NCBI RefSeq assembly: GCF_964355755.1
Contig: NC_092676.1
Coordinates: forward strand, 23,020,871-23,084,870
Reading direction: 5' to 3'
Length of the DNA stretch: 64,000 nucleotides
Source of the DNA: Antedon mediterranea
Taxonomy: Eukaryota > Animalia > Echinodermata
Under the pieces are notes generated by a model, which saw only the letters and a list, made by a program, of their open reading frames with translations, had not been told where the DNA came from and ran no database searches. The number at the start of each line of letters is the position of its first letter. Positions within the stretch are counted from its first letter, which is position 1. The translations under genes were made by a program, and so were the position numbers. Shown here piece after piece: positions 35,763-50,796 of the stretch.

Positions 35763-38700
35763 CAGAGAAATACTTTTCAAAATTCAAGTATATAATATGC
35801 ATATAACCGCCGTGAACCCGATGCAATAAATTATAAAAGTGTTGATAACTAACTTAACGCGAGTTTGACGCGTGCCTATTAAGATGTTACAATATATACG
35901 CAATCTGTTTACTTTTTACAACGAAACTCACCAATTACAGGATAGATAAACTATAAATTATCATGCTTTAGGGAGTGGAGCCTTGCCAAGGGTCAGGATT
36001 GAACCCTGTACCTTGTGATTTGAAGGTAGGCATAAGTTTGCTGACACCAAGCTACAGCTCCATTTAAACGATTTCTTGTTGTAAACCCGTTCTACTTTTA
36101 TTTATAGCGAATAATAGGGCAGATGTAGTAGAATAAGGTCATTTGTACTGTAAATGCAACCCTATCCTTTTCATTGACAATCGTCACATTGACTTAGTTA
36201 TGTGGAGTACACACAACCCAATGCTAACCCAGGTGCTGTGGTATTAATTTTGTTAGTTTTAAAATTCTATTCACACGGGCACGTAGCTGACCCTACTGTC
36301 CGAAAACAAAAGAAGTCGTCAACATTAGAATTTACTTGTAGTTTTAAACCGTACTGAATTACCCATAATATCGATATCAATTCATTGTCAATGATACTTT
36401 ATCCGTAAGCATAGATAAATCAATTTGTTATCCTGTTTATATCAAACAAACATGCAGTTGACGTGCGACGTGCGCGTACAAAAATGCATACAAGCAACAA
36501 CCTTTGTACGCGTGAAATCCGCTGTGTGCGTCTTTGTCGTAATGGTGTAACAAAATTGACACTTTTTTTGTGACTGTAGTGACAGGACCAATCCGCAATC
36601 ATTACAAAATATACCGTAGAGAAAATGTAATATTTTATATAAAAAGCATGCATTAGCCAAGAAAATGTAGTAGTGGTGCATAATTAGTACGGTGCTGTGG
36701 AACTGCAGAGAAAGAAAGAGACTCGTCCAAAGAAATTGGACCAATCACGAGCGATGTTGTGCGCAACTCGACGTCACTATGTTGCGTCCAAGAGGAACCA
36801 AGCTTACATCTCGTAATGAGGCTTTAATTTTAAGTTTGATGCTTATCGTGGAAGTGGGTGTCAACTCGTTGTTGAATGCGTGGTAAAACAAAGTAAACGG
36901 ATCCTAATCTATAACGTTAGACCTACACAACCTAATTACCAGAATGTCGGTCTAACATACTGTACAGTAGCCATTGTAAATAATACAAAGCCCATAAGTG
37001 TAAACTCATATTAAACAATATTAACGATTATGAAAACACAGTGTTGTCCCTACGTGAGAAATCTCAGCGATTGTATATTTAACAAAAATCTATCGCGTAT
37101 ATTATTTGATAGCACTCTTGTTGTTAAAATGACGACGTATTGCCCTCATTGGCCTCGTTTAATATGATTGACATGCAAGCTTAAATGATTCCAAAATCTA
37201 AGGAGTCCATGGGGATTAAACCGAAGCAGAAAGTCAACTAACAGAAAATATCAAATAACGGAATAAAATGAAAACAAACAATATTATGATTTCTATAAAT
37301 CGAACCACGTGATAAACTCAAACATTTTAAACATTAGAAGTTTTAATGTAACTTCGATTTTGATTTTCAAAGAAAGGAAAAACGTATTCTTTGGAATGAG
37401 CAAATTTGTGGTTTCTATTTTTATAATGACGTATATAAAGTGCGAAGTTATAAGTTATTGAACTTTATATCTTGTTCTTCCCTTGCAATTGTTCGTTTTC
37501 AGATTGTATGGTTTGTGTTTTTACAACAAAAGCCAGTCATCTCCGATCAAGAGGCATATAGGATAAAGGTATATTTACCGGCGAACGATAATACCCCGCG
37601 GGGTTGAAAGAACAATCCCGGCCTAGCTAAAATATGATATGTCTTTAGTAAACTTACAGTATAGTGTATACAATCACTTGTTAAGGTGGGCACAATAAAC
37701 ATAACATGGTATGGGATCAAAATGACTTGACTTTTAAGCCTTGCCATAGGCCTCGTGTGCTGTATATAGAAAACTAGAAGTTAATTGCCATACTTATGGC
37801 ATTTCCCAACTTTTTGCTTTTTTTATATTCCAATTATAATAATAACATATTGTGGTAATTCCGGCCTGGATTAACCCTTTAATTGAAGTTATAACACTCT
37901 TTCAGATATAATTCAATGGATGAATAAAAATGATGGAATTGACGGGATTAATGGTGCCGTGAAGTGGGACTTGATCTTGGGGTTCAGTGTATGTGTTGGA
38001 TAAACATAATTCAAGTTTCAATCTAAGCAGCTTTTGATATTGTCTCTAAATCCGATGAAGTGAGAAATAATATTCCATCAGAAGCAAAATCCTTCAGCTG
38101 AGCTTTCGTAAAGTCAACTTAAGATCGATCAAGATTGCTGTTTTTCTTTCAGCTCTTTTGTTCCCGTCAATATTTTCCAAGTAAACTCCTCCTAAACAAG
38201 TTTTATCTTAGGCTAATTAGCATACTAACTCTTGAGATGTTGTTATGTCGTCAGTGACACAACAACACAATGTTGCGCGTACGAAAAAATAAAATGGTGA
38301 TTGCGGATGGTTCGATGATTCTTGACTACCAAGACCTATAGTACTTAATGTAAATTATGCATTGCATAATTTTGTCTAAGTCAACGTGAAACCGATTTCG
38401 GTTTTTCGTGATGACCATTACACCTAAAAAAGGTTCTATTAAATAGGCCTACTCGTGCCTGTAATAGCAGAATACGGTCGTCGTCACCTGCATCTAGAAT
38501 CGGACAAAATTATCGGAAGAATTGATACAAATTGTAAAACCAAATTCAACGTACGAATAGTACCTCCATATTACGTCATATGGTCCTATGTGTCGTCAGA
38601 AAATATATCCCATCATCACCATCATCATAAATCATCAATAACTGTCTTCATCGTAGTCATCAATAATAAACAAAACGCGCACATTTAATAGTTATATAAT

Positions 38701-40133
38701 TTTAATATTTTATTCATATTTAGGCCATCTTTGGTGATTAGAGTCGTACTGTCTTTCATATGTATATACACATTTTGTAGGAAAATATAAAAACACTTTT
38801 ACTTTTACATTGTATTTTTTAAACGCACTTTAGTGTTATTTTGATTAGAGAAAGTTTAAACATAATTTACTGCAAAACACTGTGAATTTTCACTTAAATG
38901 AAATATATGTACGTACAGTACCCCCCAGACCTGCTGGTAAGTATGTAAGGCCCATGGGTTGTAGCCAAGCCAACCGCAACCCCTCCCATCCCCTCCAATG
39001 CCCCACCCATTCCTCACCCACGCCTACAAAAATTAGGGATAATAATGACAATATTGATTATTAATCATATTGATTGTAATCATCTTTTTTGATTGATAAA
39101 GTAAAGTTTAAATCAACATAACATAATCCCATTTTTTATATAGAAAAGAATTCTTATATACATAATTTTATATTGAAATTCAACTGGTAATAGTCTAATC
39201 TATATCTAATTAACTCATAATAAATCTAATGAATAATAAAAATGAAATTAACAGAAAGAAAACAATACCGTATTAATAAAATCAAACACTAAACATTCAG
39301 TTTGACTGAATCGCAAATTTTAAGATTGAAAACATATTTTTGAAAAAAAGGTGTCTGGAATTCATACTGGCTTATATCTTATTAGAGATAGCCATAGTAA
39401 TCTACATCTATTTTTAATATATTCACTAATAAAACTTGTATCGCTTTGTCAAAGCAGTTTCAATCTTGTAGTAATACAGGTACTGTTTACACTCTACAAC
39501 ATTGAAAAACATATTATTTTGGAAAGCTAATGCCCAGGTTTCCAATTGTTACTGGCTTGAGATAGCACCTAATCTACTTCTATTATTATAGTAATGTTTA
39601 CGAACAATAAGAATGTCGCTTTATCAATCCAAATATGGTCAAGTCACTACTAACATTTAAACATTTAAAAAATATATCAGTTTTGAATTGGAATATTTGT
39701 TTAAAAAAAGTTAATGCCATTTTTAATTATTCTTACTGACTTATTTGAGATAACTAATCTAATTATAATTATAGTATGTATATATTCTATGCATAATACT
39801 TGTGTTGCTTTTTCTTCAAACTCCTTCAAATATAAATGTATAGAAAAGGCACTTTTGTAAACAACATGGAAATACATTATTTGGTTTGCTGTACTTTTTC
39901 GTCAATAGATACAAAATCTGTGACTTTCTTTGGTAGGTATTTTGTTTAAAAGTTTATACGTAAATAATTTCTATTTCAAGAAATAATAGGCTATATGAAC
40001 CCGTAGATAACATTTCGGTTCCGCTTTAAAAAAGGTGGATGGACCATCTCCCGTATAAGGAACCTGTAGGATCTGCGCTCATGTTCTAAGCTGATTCGGC
40101 ATAAGTTAACATCTACATTTTTTTTAAACATTT

Positions 40134-43100
40134 TCAGACGTCCTTTGACCTGTATACGTCACACAAAAGTTTTTCAATAGGAATACTTCCGATCGTTTTC
40201 CTAAAAAACAGTTCTTCGATTGTGCTAGGCCTAACAGCTTTCAAGGAAGGCAGAATGAGAAGGAGTTTGCCGAATCGGAAAGGTTGTGTTGGGTAGACGG
40301 CTGAGATGTATTTGCTTAGCGTCATCTGGGCTTGATCTTGGAGGCTAGCCACTGATGGCACATCTTGAATTCCCGATAAATCTGAAAAGAATACGTAAAG
40401 AACTTCTTAATTATGCCGCAAATCTTAAGAATTTCCTTCACTTAAATTTAAATACCAGTTCCAGAAATTACGTTATTTGTTTGTGATTTCGGTTTAATGA
40501 ATAATACAGTTTAGTAAAAATAATTAGGCCTACCTGATTTGAAGAGAACGATTCCTTTCAGACATGCGTATTCGGTAGCATCCACCTGCAGCTGTCGTAA
40601 CTTTTCAATGAGTTCCTGAAGCACGCGTAATTCACTCATGACGGCAGCAGCTTTTGCTGGCGGTGTGTTCTCAGAATGGAGTCCTAAAGTAGATAAAAAT
40701 AGCAACGGTTAGGTCAAGTGTGTATTTATGCTGTTATTAATAAACCACTTGATTGATATTATTATATTTTTATGATCCATATGCGACTCAAATGCAAAAC
40801 AGAGACAAGTTTTTGATTTGCCTAAAATGACACATTTTTATTTTTTCTAGGCGAACTTTAGATAATGTTATTCGTGCGCAATTCATGTTTTGTATGGGTT
40901 TTTTGAAGCAAAAACGTAATAAATAGTATAATTTGGAAAGAGTTAATTAGTAGGTGAATAATCTACTCCTTCTTGGTATAATTTTATTTTACGATATATT
41001 TGCTTTTTGCTGCTAGAAATGAAGTTTGAAATGTAAATAAGTATTGATTATTGAGCTATAGAGATTTGTTCTAAGATAAGATACAGTCGAGATGAGATAA
41101 AGAGTGTTAGAAAGTTTCAGTCAAAGTGTAGTTCATCAACATACCTGCAGCAGCCATGAGAGGTCCACTTTCTAACGTCATCTGCCATTGAGCAGCACCA
41201 AGGATAAACAGCTCTCTCCATCCTTCCTCCAGTAAGATTAACTGATCGTTCTGTGGTAGAGATACGAATGGTGGAACATTCTTTGTCCACTGAATGCTCA
41301 TGAATAAAAGCCTAGCTGCAGTTTCACATATGTTTTCTACACTTGTCAGAGGAGACCTCATCATTTCAATCGGATAGGAAGGCTGAAGAAAAAACAAGTT
41401 TATGGTTATTTCAGAGTGCTACGATAATATTCTGTGATTTTATGTAAGTAAGTTAAGCTTTTGTCCTTTGTTGTAAACAACACTTAGAACAAAGCTCCTA
41501 ATGCTATTTAATATGTATTCTGTTTTATATCTAAATATACCTAATTATAAAATTGATTGAATGGAATACAATTCATCAAGAAAACATATTCCATGTTCAT
41601 CCAATCAGCTATATTGTTTAAATAATCTTAACAACTTGTAATGGCTTCTTGTTTTGCTTACCTTAGGAGTTGGTTGGCATATTACAATTGGAGTAACCGG
41701 AGGATAATCGACAGCGACGGCAATACCTCTGTAGGCTTCTTCTCCTAACATGGTACCTAGATATGGTGATGTTTGTCCGTACACTTGTGGAGTCTCTCCG
41801 GCTGCAGCCTCTTTGAAATATAACGCCATTTGCTTTCTGATTGTTGAGTTTCTTGGACCACGTTCATGCTGGACAGCTGGAAGATTAAAAACAAGATCAA
41901 TTTAGTTTAATTTATGAGTAACTAATTCATGCAACGAAGCCTTACATATTTAGTAAGGCTTTACAGTTACATTGTTTTTAATTAATGCAAATATTGATAA
42001 TGGACATCTTATATAGCGCCTAATACAAACATGTGTCTAAGCGCCTTGCACGAAAAAAAAAAGAAACGTTCCATGCCAACCACACCTTCCTACCGGAGGT
42101 ATTTTTGTCTTGTCCAAAGTGTATTACGTATGTATGTATACATTCAACATCTTTATGGAGATAAAATCTTGAATAACTGGGTTAAAGTTAACAGTTTTAA
42201 CAAAACTGTTCGGTTTACACCAGAGGAATTCAGAAATGGTATAGTGCCAATCATACCGATTGTTAAGTCAAAGCTTTTGGTTAAATAAGTGTTTTCTTAA
42301 ACAGACACTTCTTTCATATTTGTCAGTTCTAAATCAATTTGCCGTGGGATATAGTTTTGTCACTTTATCAAACTGCAGCTTTATCATTGTGTTCAATTCG
42401 TTGTTGTATTCACGAGGAATGTTTGCCGCTCCTCCCAGTAGGCCATTTTCCCCCTTAGCGCACCTGGGTGCAATTTTTAAACGTTTCGCTTTCTAAGTCG
42501 CATCACTTGCAATTTCCTCCCGGCGATTGATTTTGTAAGCTATCTAAAAACTGTCAATCAAAAGATGATTGACATTTCTTATGTATTACTTAAAGTTGTC
42601 AGCCGAGTTTATTGTATTTGTGTGACTTTTTGAAATAGAATTTCTTTTTTTACTTCAAATGGTTAAGCTGGAATTAAAACAGATTTGCTAAAGTAATGTA
42701 TCGCAGTACATCCAGTTATAGGAGAATCGGCTAAAATGTTTGTTGTTTTTTTATTGTTTCATTTACCAGACTAAAAAAACTTTAAGTTAAACATCAACTG
42801 CCTTCAAATACACCATATCAGCAATTGTATAAATCTCTTCTTTTTCAAATCACCAATTAACAAGACTTAGTGTGTTTTTTGTTACAAATTGCAGATAATA
42901 TTTATCTTTCTATTAGTGAGACATAACTCGTGTCATAAACCGGTAGCAACCACTTAATAAGCCTTCTTTCCCCACAGTAGTCAAAGTATTTGTCTTGATT
43001 GCTTCTATTCAGTATCGGCCTAATACTTAACACCAATCGCTGTAAAGTAAATGATCCGATGTAAAGTCAGTTGCTTAGGAATTCAAATGTGCTATGATGA

Positions 43101-46100
43101 CTTGATCCCAGGCCCTTCTTTTCGGGCTTTTGTTGATATTGAAGATCTGTTTACCCAGGTGCAATCCACTGTCTGAAACATTTTTTATCGCCGCTAGGCT
43201 TGGCAACGAAAAGGCCTTATACCCCGTACAGTGATGTGTTATGTCAATACTATAACAAGCACTATGTATAAAAGAATAGAGTTTGCCTTAGGCTTAGCTT
43301 CTTTTGCTTAAAACTCTTCTTGAGTCAGTCTTACGTTTCATAATTCATTTCCATTCATTGATAAGTATTGAATCAAGCGACTTGCCCTTCGGTTTGTCCA
43401 TTTTCAGCGGGAATTTCTATAAAATGACCATGAAGGTTTTTATAATGTTAAACATTGTGCGGCTTATTCAACCATATTTATGCCCATTCTCATAGGTATT
43501 CCCGTAAACAAGGACACCTTAGTGTGTATTTTGAAGACGATTTAACAATATTACTGTTTGCTTTCCATTAGGTACTAAGTAATGTCTCTTGTTAAAGTGA
43601 GACAAATCCAAAATCGTCTTATCAAGGTTGTAAACGAAAAACAATAAAAGAAAGGTAGATTGGTTCCATTACAAACTATTACTTTTCAATTTTTTTTTTA
43701 CTTTAAACAATTTCCATATAACTTAAATAAGACAGTTTTGATGATTTGAATTATGTTGAGATTTCATTATGCTACGATATTTGTTATTGTGATTTCATTC
43801 ACAGATTCGTCTAATATTGATTATCTAATCGAATAAATCTAAGGGATAGGCCTACCGCGATGGAATTAGTTTAGAATTTCTCCCTGATGATACAGTGTTG
43901 GTTGTTCGTTGTCACCTGTGGTCAAGAGAATAACAGAAATGTTTTGCGGTGATGTATTAATCTTCTATAACACGTACCGTAGTACAAGTAAAACATATCC
44001 GATTTACATTCCGTCAAAAGTTGTAACTGTTGGTAATAAGCCTACTTAGTTTTAAGCCAGAGGCTGTACGAAGTCTTTAAGGTATCCTTTTGTTGTGTTT
44101 GTTCACGGGTTGTTGACGGCTTTTAGTGTGATGTTTTTCTAAGACAACCGTGTTGCATCAATGACAGTAGGTGACAAAACTTATGAAAAGGCCCTGTCGA
44201 TTACACTACCTTTACTGTTTACATTTCCCACCTCTTGTAGTTTGAAACAAACATAAGTCAAATCGCAAATTTTGTTTGCCACATTATTCGAGGCTATTCA
44301 CGGACTTGGCCCTACTACCACCCGCGTTTTAACTATTGTTTCGGTGACAATTATGAAATCGTACTGAACTGTCTTATCGATTTATCGTAGACATACCAGT
44401 TTCTGACGATGTGGGCCTATGTTTAGTTTGATAACATCTTTGAAAAAGATTCTTCATGCTGAAAGGTTAATCCTCCTGCGAAACGTTTCAAAGCAGAACT
44501 ACTTTGCTCCAACTTGAAATGGAAACAAACACATCAGAAACAACATTCAAAGTTAACTAATTAATCTAATCGTTTGGCCCTCCCATGGTGTAATCCGTTA
44601 CTGGTAGCTCTTTAGAATGTAGAATGTATGTGAGAAAATACATTGTGTATGCAATTATGTTAGAAAAACAACTTAGGAAAGATTAGTGTTTTTTCTACTG
44701 AAGAAGCTAAAGAAACTTTGTTGTGGCAAACAACAGGTTGAATAGAGTGTCAATTCTGCTGTGATTTGGCTGTGGCGGAACAATACATGTCAATCACACC
44801 CAAATCATCAATTTATCTCTCTATTGTATCAATCCGCACGTGTAGTACAACTTCAATTGCCAATCCTTTCATAATATAGGCTACAACTTAAGTTACGACT
44901 GTTAAATGTGATTATACGTGGAATATCCTTCTGAATTGTTTGTCACCTGCAAATTTCTCGCCTTCCCACTGGGAAGTAAATAATATCTTCGCTAATTTTT
45001 TTTTATCTGCGTTAACTTCTCAGTAGGAAAAGATCTTAAATTTAATTGTGATCTGATCTAAAGATACCCTTAATTTACAGGTGCCGGTGAGATGATAAAG
45101 AATATACCTAATAAAGGCTTACCTGGGTTTTTAATTCTTTTTTAATGACTGCGCATTAATTAACATATGATACAATTACGCCTCATCATTAACAATGTGA
45201 AGCACCTTGATTCACATTTAATCGGCGTATACATTTCCATTAGTTTTAGTTACAAATAAAGATATGTTCACACGGGATCGATAGTGTTGATAGTTTTGTG
45301 CGTATGACGCAATAGATTGGAGAGTGTGAACCAAACATAGCCGCGGATGTACGTACTGAAAGACATCTCAATTAAACAACATTACTTGTTATTTGTAAAT
45401 GAAATACTCATTTAAATTAAACAAGTGGATCAAGGAGCTCCTTCTCACGTGTCAATCACAAACATTTCATAATTATCTGCGCAGGCCATGTGGCGAGCGA
45501 ACGCAGAGTTGCGACTCAATACCCGAAAGTAGGAAAAGAGCAAACAATCGAGTCATCCAGTGTTGTTGATGATCAATGAAATCTTATGAGTATTTTTTAT
45601 TTTTCAAATGGTAAATCATTTCCCTGGATAATTGTAAATGTGAAGCATCGGTGACCATATTTCTGACGTGAACATTTCATTCATCAACAATGATCAATAG
45701 CAAAGTGAAGGAGGCAGTCCATATGTGATTATAAATGCATATAGGTCGTTAATTGGCGGTTGTAAACAATTAAAGAACTCATTGGATCAAAGATGCCAAT
45801 ACATCAATTATAAGTATGGTTGGTTGGAACAAAGTAAAAAATACGTGAAAATTAACGTTCATACACGGTGGAATCATGGAGTTCCTTGTGTAACAATTTG
45901 GGTAAATTAATATGTGATAATGTTTTAAAATATTGCTTTAATCAAATACGTACCATCTTTGTTCATTTGTACTTCGATGCACTTCTTAAGCCGACATGCT
46001 CTGCATTGGTTACGGTGCGTTTTGTCGATTGGACACGGCCCAGAGCCCCGATTTTTGCACACGTACGTACGGTTACGTCTGATGCTACGCTTAAAGAAAC

Positions 46101-49100
46101 CACTACAACCGTCACAGGCGTAGACACCATAGTGCTTGCCGGAGCTGCGATCTCCACACACTTTGCACGGAATATCAAGAATCCGACCTGAAATTTAAGT
46201 GGAATACAACATTTAAACTATATTGTAAAATGGTAATTCAGACTATAATCTTTTTGTGTTAATTAAATAGTATAAGAAATACAGTTCTTTCGCACGTATG
46301 TAACATTATTTTAATGTATAATTTTCTCAGAAGGGTTGTCGGCACCTCGACTCTCACGATTTGTTTAAAGCAGTCATCCAAGTTTAAACTAGATGTCATG
46401 AACGCGTCATGTATAATTCCACATTCACACAAAAAGCAGATTCACTTATTGATTCAAATTTAAACAAATCGTGAAACTCAATCTTTAAAATCTAAATACC
46501 ATAAAGTAAAGCGCATTGAATAAAAAGGTATGACCTATTTCATAATCACATTCAATATTGTATTCAGCCTATATCGATCACGGTTGATCTATCGATTTGG
46601 GTCACGAATTAATTCCATGGTGGGATTATAATTTGATGGGCCTACGATATAATTTCACACTGCGAATATCAATGGCGTAATGTAGGGGAAAAAGAACTCT
46701 GATTTAGCCCTTCAAGGAGCACTCCAACGCTGGGTAGATGCATTGGACTGCTAAGCTCTGGGGCCCCTGGGTTTAGCCAGTGGTGAGCGCTCATCAGTTA
46801 CCATACCACAGTGCGAATTGATCACATTCTAAAAAATCAGCAGACATCGTCATATTTTATAGAATATTGAAAGCATTTTTCCTTCGTCTGATTTTAACCT
46901 ATCGCTCTTGAGTTACCTATAATGCTTTCGTGCTTTTTATATAGTATTTATGGATGATGATGTTACAATTTTAATGATGCTGTATTTTAATGTGAACAAG
47001 CATATCGACTGTTATTTCTTTTATAAATTACTTTTAGGTAATCCTGTCACAATTCGCTGTAAGTTTTGTCATGTTTGTTTGTATTGACCAGCAGTATTAT
47101 CTCGCCTGTGTAACAAACAAGTGGCAATAGAGAAAAAACAAGTAAAATTGAAATTGATACTCTGGCTTACTGAATTAACAATTAAAGACAACGAAATAAT
47201 AACGAACATACGTTTAATCATGGAGAAATAAGTTATTTCTCCATGGTTTAATGAAAACATTATTATCGATATAATTATTTTGATAATTTCATTCAATTCG
47301 TATAAAAATCAATTTTTTTTTCTGTGTTTGTTAAAATTACAGTTAATGCTCGAAAGGTCCTCAACCTTACATACCCAATTATTATTTTTTTTTATTTCTA
47401 TATTGATTCGATGTTTCTTTTCTCGATCAATAGCAGTTAACGAGTTTAGTGTTGATATGATTGGCTTCCGAATACCTTATAATAGTTTCACTAATTGCGT
47501 ATAAACATTTTAAAAGCGGCCTAAACGGCTGTCATGGCCAGCGTATTGACCCGTTCATTGGTGTTAAAGTTGTACCGATTGGTCTAAATTTAGTCTACGT
47601 CTGTGTTTGGAAACGTGGTTATGAAATGATATCAATCAATTCACGTTTTGTAAATAAGAATATACATTTTATATTTTCTATATACATTAATTTCCAGTAG
47701 CTTCTATATATCTATATAGATCTTTAATAAAATGCGTCTAAAGAACAATCTTGTAAACGAAGCTTAAACTAATTTCAGGGCTTACTGGTGCATTCACAAA
47801 TACCGTTATCCGTGAAGTTGTGATATTTCAATTTCAACGCGTTTTAGAAGTTCACAATCACTAAGTAAACACCCACTTTCAAAACCAAACATGACTTCGT
47901 TCGGCAATTTAAATACTTCGTTCCAGATTCATAACCTATCTTCAGGTTCACTAACAATTAGATTCTATAAATATTATCTTTGCGCGTATATTGATAAAGT
48001 CATAAATATTCGCACAACGCTTGATAGGGGTGTAACGTGTCTGTGATTTTTTACACGGACCATGTAACGTAAAGAAAACGTTTAATATCATGCAACGAGA
48101 TTTTCAGTTAGGTCTAACTTTTGTTGACTTTATGAAATTAAGCGAAATGCTGGAAGATGTGTTTTCACTGATCGCCATTGTCAACACCGTGAGAACTAAA
48201 TTCTGGTTTAATGAAGCTAACGTGGAAACGTTTTACCAATTCACTATTTTTTTTCATAATGTCCTATTTATTATTTTATAACAATCGTTGTTATTATAAT
48301 TATGATTTCACGCAACCCGAAATAATCCGAGATCCAAGCCATGAAATATGTTGACTTATTTAATGACTTTGCAATGCATTTTCGGGTATGATGCAGTTGA
48401 ACTGTGTTCGCCCAATTGTTTTCTGTATGAATAGGGATATTCACATTTTTTAAACTAAAATAGCTTTACATCTTTTTGGCATTTGATTTTTTTCTTATTT
48501 GTGTACATAGACAACGACATAGACAACTTAAAAATTAATTATTTTTAAGTTGTCTACGATTCCAAAAATTGTTTTATTGTTTATTTAGATTTATTTTGTA
48601 TAGCTACATCCTTTTTTAAAGAATAATTTTGCTTGCTTGCATTCTAAATTTCTCTGACTAAACTCTTTTTAGCCCTTTAATAATTTATATATGCCAATAT
48701 TTTGTTTGTAAATGATACTCAATACACAATAATTATGATGTATAAATCTGAAATGTTCTTAATCCATATTTTAAACTTATAATCAACAATTTAGACATCA
48801 AACTGATCTGTAGTTGGTGCGATTTTGTTTCATTATTCTTCTCATGAAATATATTGTTGATCATTATCTGTTTTTTTTCTTAGTACAGTATCGTTATAAA
48901 ATATTCCAATAATATGATAAAATATCTGTTTGTTTGCGTAATTAGAGTTATTTATAATCATCATATTCTATTATTATAGTATTAGAAAGATAATACAAAA
49001 CAATAATAATATTTTACATAAATACAATAAATAAATACAATTAGTATCATATAATAATTAACAAAATAAATAATATTTAAATTTTAATTTAAACAATTCG

Positions 49101-49632
49101 AAAATTGGGATAGAACACCCTAGGCTATTTTATCATGATTAAAAGTAAATACTGAATAATTTCAAAGTATAGCCATCATGTAGACTGTAAAACTAGAACA
49201 AGTAACAAACGTGTTGCATTATATTGATTTTAGTTGCAGCTATGTATCAATTATTACTTAATTATCCTTAATAAATCTCCATCATAAATTTTAATATACA
49301 TTATTCACGTAATAATTATTTTAAAAAACAATAAAACAATGTACGGTAATACATGTAAAGAATTTATCAAATTACCTAGAGATGAAAAATATTAAATAAA
49401 CAAAATAATTATAAAGAAAGTAAGTTAGGATTAATTTAAACCGGTAATCTGTGTTTTCTAATACAGTAATACGTAAAATGTAAGAAAATCATAAGTTATG
49501 TATGCCCACCCTTTGGTACAAAAAATGGCAACTTTAATTTGATTATGAAACAGTTTCAGTGTTATGAAGTAAAAAATAAATAATACACTTACTTGAAGTA
49601 GTGTTAACTTTTGTGCTCATATCGCCAATCAT
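40134..49632 (-). CDS. NR2E1: Nuclear receptor subfamily 2 group E member 1 (Tlx/tailless), about 374 aa, 6 exons
   Basis: Exons 49632-49593 (alternative ATG at 49620), 46187-45954, 41876-41662, 41382-41145, 40683-40534, 40381-40134 (1,125 nt, in frame). N-terminus ...[47 protein letters not shown] carries the Tlx P-box CDGCSG. T-box [41 protein letters not shown]...[10 protein letters not shown]...[10 protein letters not shown]...[23 protein letters not shown]. Confidence 0.96.
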
Positions 49633-49799
49633 TCCCGGTTCGGATTTAGAAAACAACTCTACAAAATATTCTTATTTTCTACCAAGCCACAACGCACATG
49701 AGAATGCGAGTTTTCTCCGTTAAGCAAAATAACTTTTAAACGATTTAGCGGTAACTGTGATACGTTAGGTTACGAATGCTCGAATGAAATGACTCTCTG

Positions 49800-50040
49800 A
49801 CAATAGGCCCACTCAATTCCTATACACAGAACAAGTGGCTTTCACACTTTCTGCTAATGTTAGTCCAATCGCTACTGCAAAAAAAGATTTAGCACCAAAC
49901 TATATCGTCTGGCCTAATTTCCTCGACCGCTGATTGGTCGACTTACGTTTACAGTCTGCGCCAATCAGGTGAGGTTATGATAGGCCTACTATTATCCAAT
50001 AGAGTCAAAACCGGTTGCTATCATTGACGTGTTGAATAAT
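49800..50040 (-). promoter_or_regulatory. Candidate NR2E1 proximal promoter
   Basis: Four CCAAT/ATTGG boxes (about 49865, 49933, 49961, 49997) and a TGACGT half-CRE (about 50025) lie 230-400 bp upstream of the start codon. Confidence 0.45.
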
Positions 50041-50494
50041 CTATCGAACATGAGAACTGAGTAAACGATATTGGTTGAATTTACTCAACGTATATGTGGA
50101 CACAGTTCTTGTCTCTATTACAACTACTAATACAACACGATCGCCATGACAGAAGTGTTTGAATAAAACATTATAATCCAAATATTACAAAAGTTTAAAA
50201 GACTGACTTCATATTTGAGTTTGTTTTGGCGTATCTTGAGAACAAAAGGACACCTAGAAGTCAAATCTTCCTCGTGACCCGTCCCACTTTTTGATATAAT
50301 GTCTACATGTAATTCGCCCAAACAGTCTGATAGATTGTAGGAATTTACTCGTTAGAATTACTAAAATAACGCCTTCCATACTCGTAATAGGCCTACGAAT
50401 TCAAAGGATATGGATGTACTGCTGGTAGACTTTCTGTTGGCGGGTTGTTCAACAAGAATCCCTACCCCCAATACATCCCACTCACACACCTCTT

Positions 50495-50630
50495 AGGCTC
50501 TTTCTACATTCTCAAACTTTATGTGACAAAAAAAATGGGATGTGCCCATATATGGGTACGATGATGTCATTCACTACCATGTTGGGTACACCGTACATCA
50601 CACTTGTTTGATAATGTAGACATAGCTTTA
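50495..50630. mobile_element. Copy of the 21-bp-array MITE family
   Basis: GCTCTTTCTACATTCTCAAACTTTATGTGACAAA...GATGTGCCCATATATGGG...GTAGACATAGCTT. Confidence 0.65.
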
Positions 50631-50796
50631 GATTTGTAAAATTTCCGTTTTCCAAAAACCGCTGCAGTGTTCCATCGACTATCTGTATCTCAGCATATGG
50701 TATTATCTGTCCATCATGGGCAAATTCTGTAATATATACTGTGTCACATAATTATAATATGTTATGCTAAATGGAGTCTGTGTCATATAAGCTTAG

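Noticed and set aside
45868-46191. Antisense and alternative-frame ORFs overlapping NR2E1 exon 2 (similar ones overlap NWD exons)
   Set aside because: Shadow ORFs of GC-richer coding exons with no independent support.
46700-46795. GC-rich tRNA-like segment in NR2E1 intron 1 (another near 35970-36060)
   Set aside because: Too degenerate to fold as a tRNA; probably old SINE heads.
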